From Candidatus Tectimicrobiota bacterium (lineage in GTDB: Bacteria > JACPUC01), in assembly GCA_016192455.1 (NCBI GenBank), contig JACPUC010000007.1, positions 1 through 64,000 of the forward strand: a stretch of DNA of 64,000 nt, in the 5' to 3' direction. Below, piece by piece: positions 1 to 7,212 of this stretch. The position numbers were made by a program, and so were the translations under genes. Below the pieces are notes generated by a model that worked only from the letters and a program-made list of their open reading frames with translations, did not search any database and was not told the DNA's origin. Position 1 is the stretch's first letter. The number at the start of each line of letters is the position of its first letter.

Positions 1-116
1 ACCAACTCGTCGAGCGCGGCCGACCCAAAAAGGTTGCTCTTATCGCCTGCATGCGCCGCCTCCTCGGCATCCTCAACGCCATCATCAGGACGCAATCGCC
101 ATGGAAAACCGCTTGA
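1..116 (+). CDS. IS110-family transposase/recombinase, C-terminal fragment (5' part outside window)
   Basis: Frame starting at nt 3 reads QLVERGRPKKVALIACMRRLLGILNAIIRTQSPWKTA*, matching the typical IS110 C-terminus (xxGKPKKVALxAxMRKLLxILNAxxRxxxPW). Not in the ORF track. Confidence 0.88.
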   Translation, partial: QLVERGRPKKVALIACMRRLLGILNAIIRTQSPWKTA

Positions 117-133
117 CGTCAAAGACAGTCGCT
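1..133 (+). mobile_element. Right end of an IS110-family insertion sequence
   Basis: Stop codon overlaps TTGACG (113-118), followed by TCAAAGACAGTCGCT. A short right end with an outward -35 hexamer and no terminal inverted repeat is typical of IS110. Exact boundary inferred. Confidence 0.7.
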
Positions 134-496
134 ACGGTCGAGGGCATGGATGCCTGCTGAGAAAGAAGTGTCCTCTTATTTTCATGATCTTGCGGGTGGG
201 CCGAAGGACCATGGGGAACTGCTTAGAAAAAAGACCCGTATGTGATTGATTTCACGACATTGCAGGTTTGCCCCCGGGCGTGTCACAGCGGACGGGATGG
301 TCAGAGCCGTAGGGGCGGGGCTTGCCCCGCCCTCCGAGTCATCCCCTCTGAGCCGCTACGGTGGGGCGCGGCAAGCGGCGCCCCTACACCCAGGGCGCCG
401 AATCCTTCGACAGGAGAGACGGTCGCTCCTGGTCCACCCCATTTTCATCCCTTCGCGGGTGGGCGGCGCGCCCATGGGGAACTGCCAGGAATAATC
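134..496 (+). repeat. Dispersed ~45-55 bp repeat family: half copy 142-168, full copies 178-233 and 441-496
   Basis: ATTTTCAT-N6-GCGGGTGGGC-N6-CCATGGGGAACTGC at 178 and 441. Tail CATGG-N4-CTGCT-N-AGAAA also at 145-164. Another copy lies on the minus strand at 4651-4694. Confidence 0.75.
309..387. repeat. GTAG-type REP doublet (REPIN/BIME-like)
   Basis: GTAGGGGCGGGGCTTGCCCCGCCCT (309-333) and inverted partner GGGGCGCGGCAAGCGGCGCCCCTAC (363-387); GTAGGGGCG and CGCCCCTAC are exact reverse complements. Confidence 0.75.
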
Positions 497-709
497 CCCA
501 GCCGCCGCTGGTTGTGAGAAGAAACCGCCGGGCGACGCGCGGCGGCCTCGCTCGCCTTTACGGGGCGGAGCGTCGCTGGCTCGGCATCCAGCGGCGGAAG
601 GGAGCTCCACACATCTTCTCAAGCGGGCTCCGCCGAGAGCACCTCCGCAGCGTGCGTGCGCTCAAGGGAGGGACTCGCGGTGGGACGCCGCAAGGGGAGG
701 GGACCGGTC

Positions 710-1801
710 ATGAATCGTCGCGGGCGCGCGCTCAGCTTTTGTGGCGCGGTGGTTCTGATCATGGCAGGCGCGCTCTCGGCTCCCCAGGCGGGCGCCGAGG
801 AGTTTGATCCGGCTCAGATCCTCACGGTGCTGCCGAAGGATGCGATTCCCGCCATTCTCGCGCCGGAGATGGTGCCGGCTGGGAAGGTCGGGGGAACCCT
901 GACGGCGGAGAGCATGGTGCTGGGCGTGGCGCTGAACGGCGATAGCCGCGCCTATCCCCTCCCCATCCTGAGCCGGCACGAGATCGTCAACGATGTGGTG
1001 GGAGGATGGAAGATCGCCGTCACCTGGTGACCCCTCTGCTTCACGGGCATCGTGTATGACCGTATGATCGGGGGACGCGAGTACACCTTCGGCGTCAGCG
1101 GCAAGCTCCACGCCAACTCGCTCATCATGTACGATCACCAGACGGAGAGCCTCTGGAGTCACCTGCTGGGACGGGCCGTGACGGGCAAGCTCGCCGGCGC
1201 GAACCTGCGCGTGGTGCCGGCGCTGCAGACGACGTGGGGGGTGTGGCGGTCGATGCATCCGGACACCCTCGTCCTGCACCAGAAGCGCTCGGGCATCTTC
1301 TCCAGCCTGCGCGATCCGTATGCGAGCTACTACCTGTCGGGGGACACGGGCATCGTTCCCGTGCAGCGCTCGGACTCCCGCGTCGCTGCCAAGGCCTACG
1401 TCATTGGCGTGCGCCTCGGCGGCAGCGTCAAGGCCTACCCGTTTCCGGTCCTCAACGATCATCCCGTGGTGAATGACGAGGTGGCGGCGACGCCGATCGT
1501 CGTCACCTTCCTCAAGGGCGAGGCCAGCGGCGCGGTGTTTGATCGACGCGCCGCCGGCGCAACCCTTACGTTCGAGGTGTTCCGGCAGGGGAGCAGGGCA
1601 GGGGAGGACGGCGTCCTGCAGCTCCGCGATCAGCAGACGAAGAGCCTCTGGCACCCACTCAGCGGCAAAGCTCTCAGCGGCCCCCTCGCCGGCACGCGGC
1701 TCACCCTCATCCCGACCACCCAGTCGTTCTGGTTCGGCTGGGTAGACCACTACCCCGAAACAGCGGTCTATGCGCCCATCCCCAAGGAGGCCGGCCGCTG
1801 A
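710..1801 (+). CDS. Secreted DUF3179-family protein, probable selenoprotein (UxxC, Sec at TGA 1028-1030)
   Basis: ORFs 656..1030 and 1052..1801 share a frame with only TGA between them: IAVTW-U-PLCFTGIVYDR, where the family has CPLC. DUF3179 motifs KDAIPAI, HEIVND, FGVSGKL, MYDxQTESLW and FWFGW present. N-terminal signal peptide. Confidence 0.85.
1031..1074 (+). promoter_or_regulatory. Candidate bacterial SECIS hairpin for the DUF3179 gene
   Basis: TCACGG-G-CAT[CGTGT]ATG-A-CCG-TA-TGA stem-loop. The loop starts 20 nt after UGA with G in its second position; CCCC/GGGG can close the base. Folded by eye. Confidence 0.55.
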
Positions 1802-1956
1802 GCTTGTGCAGCGAGAACGTGCTCGTCTCAGCGCCTGCGCCCGCCGCGCAGGCGTTGTGCTTTGGCGCCGGCGCGGTTTCCTGGCGCCAGAGGGGCGATG
1901 TGTGCCCCGGCACTGGCGAGAGGACGGAAAGAGTTTCGAGGGTGGGAGCCCAGGAC

Positions 1957-1985
1957 TTGCCAACCATGGAGGTATCTGTTAGAAT
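1957..1985 (+). promoter_or_regulatory. Sigma70-type promoter of the regulator-tupABC operon
   Basis: TTGCCA-17 nt-TAGAAT with extended TG at 1977-1978. Confidence 0.65.
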
Positions 1986-2016
1986 TTGTAGGGATTCGTA
2001 GGAAAAAGGCAGAAAC

Positions 2017-3030
2017 ATGAGCACCACACCCTACCTTACGACGCGCGAGGTGGCCGAGCTGTTGCGCATCCATGAGAAGCAGGTCTACGCCCTCATCAAG
2101 GCCGGCGCCATCCCCTGCACGCGCGTCACGGGCAAGTGGCTCTTCCCGCGCCGTCTCGTCGATGAGTGGCTGGTGACCTCGAGCGCCCGACGGGGCGCGC
2201 CGCCGCCCACCGCGGCGCGGCAGACGTTGCTCATAGCGGGCAGCGATGACCTGCTGCTGAGCTCCCTGCCGTCTCTGCTGCGCCGGCAGGCGCCCGGCTT
2301 CATCCTCGGCTGGGCCTGCCTGGGAAGCATCGGAGGGCTGTACGCGCTGCGCGACGGCGCGGTGCACGTGGCCGGCTGCCACCTCGATGCCGCGGCGGCG
2401 GGTGACATCCCCCTGGAAGGCGGTTCCGGAGACCGGGGCCCTTCCCAACCGGCGCGGCGCAGCCTGCCGGGTCAGCAGGCGGCGCCTGGGACGGTCAGCG
2501 GCACGCAGGACTATGCCCGGCGCCTGCTGGCAGGGGAGGCGACGCTGGCCGTCACCTTTGCCGAGCGCTGCCAGGGGTGGATCGTCGCCCGTGGCAACCC
2601 GAAGAGGATCGCCAGGGTGGCGGACCTGGTCCGCCGCGAGGTGCGTCTGGTCAATCGCCAGGAGGGGTCGGGAACACGGCTCCTGCTCGAGCGCTGCCTG
2701 CGCGAGGCCGGCCTGGAGCGGCGGCGCCTGCGCGGGGCGGAGCGCGAGGTGAGCACCCACCTCGAGGTCGCGATGGCGGTGGCACGGGGGGAGGCGGACG
2801 TCGCCCTCGGGACGGAAGCCGCCGCCGCCGCGCTGCGCCTCGATTTCGTGCCCCTCGCGCGGGAGCGCTACCAGCTCATCATGCAGCGCCGAACCCTGGA
2901 GTTGCCGTCCGTGCAAGCTCTCCTCGAGGTGCTCCGGTCGAGTGCCTTCGCCCGCCTGGCGCGCAGTCTCCCCGGCTACAGCGCGCAAGCCGCCGGCAGC
3001 GTCTGCTGGGAGAACCCTGGTGAAGCCTGA
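2017..3030 (+). CDS. Transcriptional regulator: excisionase-like HTH_17 plus PBP-like molybdate/tungstate-binding domain
   Basis: N-terminal YLTTREVAELLRIHEKQVYALIK...IPCTRVTGKWLFP; C-terminal AGSDD, GSIGGL, VNRQEGSGTR, THLEVA motifs; directly upstream of tupA. Confidence 0.85.
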   Translation: MSTTPYLTTREVAELLRIHEKQVYALIKAGAIPCTRVTGKWLFPRRLVDEWLVTSSARRGAPPPTAARQTLLIAGSDDLLLSSLPSLLRRQAPGFILGWACLGSIGGLYALRDGAVHVAGCHLDAAAAGDIPLEGGSGDRGPSQPARRSLPGQQAAPGTVSGTQDYARRLLAGEATLAVTFAERCQGWIVARGNPKRIARVADLVRREVRLVNRQEGSGTRLLLERCLREAGLERRRLRGAEREVSTHLEVAMAVARGEADVALGTEAAAAALRLDFVPLARERYQLIMQRRTLELPSVQALLEVLRSSAFARLARSLPGYSAQAAGSVCWENPGEA

Positions 3031-3874
3031 AGCTCACCTGAGACTCGCCGGCAAGCAGGTGTGGCGAGCGTTCCTGCTCTTCGCCCTCCTCACCCTTCTC
3101 CTCGGCTCGCACAGCGCTGCCGCGCCGAATGCCCAACGCCTGCGCCTGGCGACCACCACGTCGACGGAGAACTCGGGGCTCTTGGCCGTCCTCCTGCCCC
3201 CCTTCGAGCGCCAGAGCGGTCTGCGCGTGGACGTCATCGCGGTGGGCACGGGCAAGGCGCTGAAGCTGGCGGAACGGGGCGACGTGGATGTCGTCCTCGT
3301 GCATGCGCCGCAGGCCGAGGAGGCGTTCATGGCCGCGGGCTTCGGGGTGAATCGCCGCGCCGTGATGGTGAACGACTTCGTCATCCTGGGCCCGCCGGCT
3401 GATGCCGCCGGCACCCGCAGTCTGCGTCAGGGCGCGGAGGCGCTGCGGAAGATCGTCGGCGCGGCCAGCCCGTTCGTGTCTCGCGGCGATGAGTCCGGCA
3501 CTCACCAGCGCGAGAAAGCCCTCTGGAAGGCAGCCGGGATTGAGCCGCGCGGCGCTTGGTACCTGTCGATCGGCCGCGGCATGGGCGAGAGCCTCATGCT
3601 CGCCAACGAGAAGCGCGCCTACGTCCTGACCGACCGGGGCACCTACCTCGCGTATCGGGGACGGCTCGACCTCGCGGTGCTGGTGGAGGGCGACGCGGCG
3701 CTCCTCAATCCCTACAGCATCATCGCCGTCAACCCGGCGCGGCACCGGCAGGCGAACTATCGGGGCGCTATGGCGCTCATCGCCTGGGTAACCTCGGTGG
3801 AGGGGCAGGAGGTGATCCGCGGCTTGCGGCGTTTCGGGCAACCGTTGTTCACGCCGACGGCGGTGCCGGAGTGA
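3020..3874 (+). CDS. tupA: Tungstate ABC transporter substrate-binding protein
   Basis: Signal peptide followed by ATTTSTENSGLL (TTTS signature), VGTGKAL, SRGDESGTH. GTG start chosen by inference. Confidence 0.9.
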   Translation: MKPEAHLRLAGKQVWRAFLLFALLTLLLGSHSAAAPNAQRLRLATTTSTENSGLLAVLLPPFERQSGLRVDVIAVGTGKALKLAERGDVDVVLVHAPQAEEAFMAAGFGVNRRAVMVNDFVILGPPADAAGTRSLRQGAEALRKIVGAASPFVSRGDESGTHQREKALWKAAGIEPRGAWYLSIGRGMGESLMLANEKRAYVLTDRGTYLAYRGRLDLAVLVEGDAALLNPYSIIAVNPARHRQANYRGAMALIAWVTSVEGQEVIRGLRRFGQPLFTPTAVPE

Positions 3875-3887
3875 GCCGAGGACGGCC

Positions 3888-4592
3888 ATGGAGTTTCTTT
3901 GGGAGGCCATCGTCCAAGCGCTGCGGCTCGTCGCGGCGGGCGACCGGGAGCTCCTCGAGGTGACCGTTCTTTCCTTGCAGCTCTCGACCGCCGCCACGCT
4001 CTTCGCCTCCCTCCTCGGAGTTCCCCTGGGATTCGCGCTGGCGGCCACGCGCTTTCGCGGCCGCCGTCTCCTCCTCACCATGGTGAATAGCCTGCTGGGC
4101 CTGCCGACGGTGGTCATCGGGCTGCTTGGCTTCGCGTTCCTGTCGCGCCAGGGTCCCCTCGGCGCTTGGGGTCTGCTCTTCACCCCGACGGCCATTGTCC
4201 TCGGCGGCACAGTCCTCAGCCTTCCCATCATCGCCGCCTTGACGGCCAGCGCGGTGATGGGGCTGGATGCGCGGGTGCGCGACACAGCCCTCACCCTGGG
4301 GGCGGGGCGGTGGGCCGCGGTGGCGACGCTCCTGGCCGAAGCGCGCTTCGCGGTGATGGCGGCGTTGATCACCGGGTACGGGCGGCTGATCAGCGAGGTC
4401 GGCGTGTCGATGATCCTGGGGGGGAACATCCGCGGCTACACCCGCACCCTGACCACCGCCATAGCCCTGGAGACGAGCAAGGGTGACTTCGCCTTCGCCA
4501 TGGCGCTGGGAATTCTCCTGATGGCGATCGTCTTCTCGTTGAACCTCCTCCTTGGGCGTCTGCAGGGCGAGGGGAGAGGGCGGAGAGGGTGA
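3888..4592 (+). CDS. tupB: Tungstate ABC transporter permease
   Basis: Hydrophobic; GLPTVVIGL, ISEVG, GGNIRGYTRTLTTAIALETSKG motifs. Confidence 0.9.
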   Translation: MEFLWEAIVQALRLVAAGDRELLEVTVLSLQLSTAATLFASLLGVPLGFALAATRFRGRRLLLTMVNSLLGLPTVVIGLLGFAFLSRQGPLGAWGLLFTPTAIVLGGTVLSLPIIAALTASAVMGLDARVRDTALTLGAGRWAAVATLLAEARFAVMAALITGYGRLISEVGVSMILGGNIRGYTRTLTTAIALETSKGDFAFAMALGILLMAIVFSLNLLLGRLQGEGRGRRG

Positions 4593-4650
4593 GAGATTGC
4601 TTCCCCAGCACGCTCCTCGTTCGGTTCTCGGTAACGTGGAGTGTTCAGAG

Positions 4651-4918
4651 GCAGTTCGCGATGGGCCCGCGGCCCGCCCGCAAGGTCATGGAAAGAAATT
4701 GAACCGCTAAGACGCGGAGGGCACAGAGAAGGTAAGGGAGGGGCGGTTCGCGAACCGCCCCGGCCATCGGCATACAAGGAACCACGGATGAACACTGATG
4801 GACACTGATATCTGTGTGCATCCGTGTCCATCAGTGGTTCCTTCCCCTATCTTCTCCGCGCTCTCTGCGTCTCCGCGGTGTAATTTATTGAACCGCGGAG
4901 ACGCAGAGAACGCAGAGG
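4651..4918. repeat. Nested cluster of palindromic miniature repeats between tupB and tupC
   Basis: Repeat-family copy 4651-4694 (minus strand); imperfect inverted pair 4703-4731/4851-4879; palindrome 4740-4761; imperfect palindrome 4778-4841; perfect 18 bp inverted repeat 4862-4879/4892-4909. Confidence 0.8.
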
Positions 4919-5040
4919 CGAAGGACACCGGTCGCGCGACCGTCAGCTTCACCATCACGTCAAATCAACCACGTAGACGCTTATTTTCTAAGCAGAGGTT
5001 GGCGGTCGGCCGCGGCTCGGCGGGGAAGGAAGGAACGCTC

Positions 5041-5769
5041 TTGAAGAACGCCGGCGGGGATGAGGAAGCGGCGCGCGACAGCCTGCTCTACGAGCTGCGA
5101 GGGGTGCGGCAGCAGTACGGCGAGGTGGTGGTCCTCGACATCCCGGCCCTCGGCTTTACCGCCGGGGGGGTCACGGCGCTCCTCGGCCCGAATGGCGCCG
5201 GCAAGACCACCCTGCTGCGGCTCCTGGCCGGACTTGACGTCCCAAGCCGCGGCGCCGTCGCGTTCCACGGGACCGGCCTCGGCTCGACTCCGGCGCGCGC
5301 CGCGCTGCGCCGCCGCGTCACCTTCGTGCACCAGCAGCCCTACCTCTTCCACGCCAGCGTCGGCGCCAACGTGGGCTATGGCTTAAAGCAGCGCGGCATA
5401 CGCGGCAGGGTCTTGGGCGCGAGGGTGGAGCAGGCGCTGCGGAGGGTCGATCTGGACGGCTTGGCGCAGCGCCGCGCCCAGGGTCTCTCCGCCGGCGAGG
5501 GGCAGCGCGTCGCCCTGGCGCGGGCCCTGGCCCTCGAGCCGGAGGTGCTCCTCCTCGACGAACCGACCGCCCATGCCGATCGCGACACCTTCACGGTGAT
5601 CAAGCAGGTGATTGCCCAAGCCGCGGAGCTTGGCGCGACGGTCATCCTCGCCTCGCACGACCACGAGCTGGTCGCCGGGCTGGCGCGGCGGCGCCTCGAG
5701 ATGGCCTACGGGCGGCTGGTGGCAACGGCGGAGGGGCTGCTGGCGCATCCTTCGGCGCCGCGTGGATGA
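5041..5769 (+). CDS. tupC: Tungstate ABC transporter ATP-binding protein
   Basis: Walker A GPNGAGKTT, signature LSAGEGQR, Walker B LLLDEPT. TTG start at 5041 after GGAAGGAA is inferred; the longer ORF start runs through repeat DNA. Confidence 0.85.
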   Translation: MKNAGGDEEAARDSLLYELRGVRQQYGEVVVLDIPALGFTAGGVTALLGPNGAGKTTLLRLLAGLDVPSRGAVAFHGTGLGSTPARAALRRRVTFVHQQPYLFHASVGANVGYGLKQRGIRGRVLGARVEQALRRVDLDGLAQRRAQGLSAGEGQRVALARALALEPEVLLLDEPTAHADRDTFTVIKQVIAQAAELGATVILASHDHELVAGLARRRLEMAYGRLVATAEGLLAHPSAPRG

Positions 5770-5775
5770 TGCCGC

Positions 5776-5867
5776 TCACGCCAGCACGTGGCGGCAGAGC
5801 CGCAGGACGTTGCGGATCGCCTCGTGGGGGCTGGGGCCGACGGGCAGGAGGGTGTTGAGGTAGACCT
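5776..5867 (-). pseudogene. Orphan diverged duplicate of the LLM gene 3' end
   Basis: About 82/92 nt identical to 7213-7304; encodes VYLNTLLPVGPSPHEAIRNVLRLCRHVLA* versus VHVHTLLPVGPSPQEAIRNVLQLCRHVLA*. Confidence 0.85.
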
Positions 5868-5995
5868 AACGCAAGCGAGTTGGAACTAGATCGCCTCTTA
5901 GCTTCGGAAAATTGATGGGCTACGACGAGCAGCTTGACTGGCGTGCGAAGTGCTGATCGTTCGCATACCTCTATGCTCTCCCACACCGTTCCTGG

Positions 5996-7153
5996 CTACG
6001 TCTCCTCCGACGCTTGTTTTCTACCTCGCAGTTCACTCAGCGCGTTACTCACCATTTCACTCAAGGCACGCGCGTCGAGGCTTGCGTGGCTGATCCGAGA
6101 AACAGTAACGTCCGCATATCCTTCTGCGGTGCGCTTTAACGACAGATCCGCCGAGACCCAAAATTGGACCGTCACGATCTTGGATGTCTGCATTATCAGC
6201 TCACCTCCAAGGACAGCCAGAAACCGTTTCTTAACTTCCAGGTCCTCACCCAGGCTGACCCGAGTTTCTCCCATGTTGCTAAACGGAATGATTTCAAATT
6301 CGCCGTCGAGTTCAATCAGACCGCTGGCTTGGATTTCGTTTCCCGGAGGAACGTCGCGATACCAGGGGGCCAACGTGAGATGGTCGACGTCAGCGAACCG
6401 GTACGATAGTGGCTTCTTCAGTTGGCCGCCAAGGCCGGGGAGGTCGGTCTGTCCGATGTCCAGATTCTCACTGATGAAGGCCTCGATATCGGGGGCCGCT
6501 AGGCGAATGGCCTTACGGGCCATCTCCTGACGAGCAAGGTTTTCTTTGATCCAAGACTCCGTTAGCCGCGCCCTGAACTTTTCGATCGCATCGTCGAGGC
6601 CCATCACATGAATCTGCTGGCCTTCAATCGGTGAGGCGCATTTGAGGAAACCTCTGTCCTCACTCACAAAAATGGCCGAAGAGAGCCCGAGTCTCGCCAT
6701 CTCGTCAACGAGCGAATAATAAATGATGGCATCACGAAAACCGTCACCCTTTTCCTTGAACGGTGGAACCCGCCGGACTCCCATATCGAAGAAGTGCTCC
6801 ACGGGGCGCGGTGTGTAGGGGATAAGCGTGGCTATTAGTTGTCTGCATGCCTCTGTGCTATGCTGGTCCCAATCTGCGAGCATGCCATCAAGATCGGTGC
6901 AAGTTGCTTCGGCTTTCAGTCTCTTTCTGCGTGCGGTGTCGCGCGCCCTTATGAGCTCGTCGGTAGCCTTTTTCGCCTCCCGCGCATCTTGGCCGCGAAC
7001 CTCGTCAAGGGCGCCCTGGATTAACCAGAACTGCTGGTTAAAGTGGTGAGCAAGCCCAGCGAGTTGATACAGCTTAGCGTTTGGATTCGGCCACGCCCCA
7101 TCACGAAGCGCTTGGGCATCCAGTGCCACCACCTGGGTATCAGTAGTTTCCAT
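5996..7153 (-). CDS. PIN-like domain protein (DUF4935-like) with C-terminal extension
   Basis: VVALDAQ at the N-terminus, PPFKEKGDGFRDAIIYYS and AIFVSEDRGF acidic motifs; markedly lower GC than flanks. ATG at 7153. Confidence 0.7.
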   Translation of the reverse strand: METTDTQVVALDAQALRDGAWPNPNAKLYQLAGLAHHFNQQFWLIQGALDEVRGQDAREAKKATDELIRARDTARRKRLKAEATCTDLDGMLADWDQHSTEACRQLIATLIPYTPRPVEHFFDMGVRRVPPFKEKGDGFRDAIIYYSLVDEMARLGLSSAIFVSEDRGFLKCASPIEGQQIHVMGLDDAIEKFRARLTESWIKENLARQEMARKAIRLAAPDIEAFISENLDIGQTDLPGLGGQLKKPLSYRFADVDHLTLAPWYRDVPPGNEIQASGLIELDGEFEIIPFSNMGETRVSLGEDLEVKKRFLAVLGGELIMQTSKIVTVQFWVSADLSLKRTAEGYADVTVSRISHASLDARALSEMVSNALSELRGRKQASEET

Positions 7154-7212
7154 GGCCTGGCTCCGAGAGATTCTTTCAGCGCTGACGCTGGCGCAACCAG
7201 ACAGAATCCCTG

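Noticed and set aside
142-496. CRISPR array
   Set aside because: Repeats are degenerate, spacing is irregular (about 9 and 210 bp) and there are no cas genes.
1028-1030. Nonsense-mutation pseudogene reading of the two in-frame TGAs (also 18295-18297)
   Set aside because: Both fall exactly on redox-motif Cys positions with intact downstream frames and 3' hairpins, so Sec is more parsimonious. General UGA reassignment is excluded because many genes here end in TGA.
4798-5040. N-terminal extension of TupC in the ORF track
   Set aside because: It is translated palindromic repeat DNA; the ABC domain begins after about 5041.
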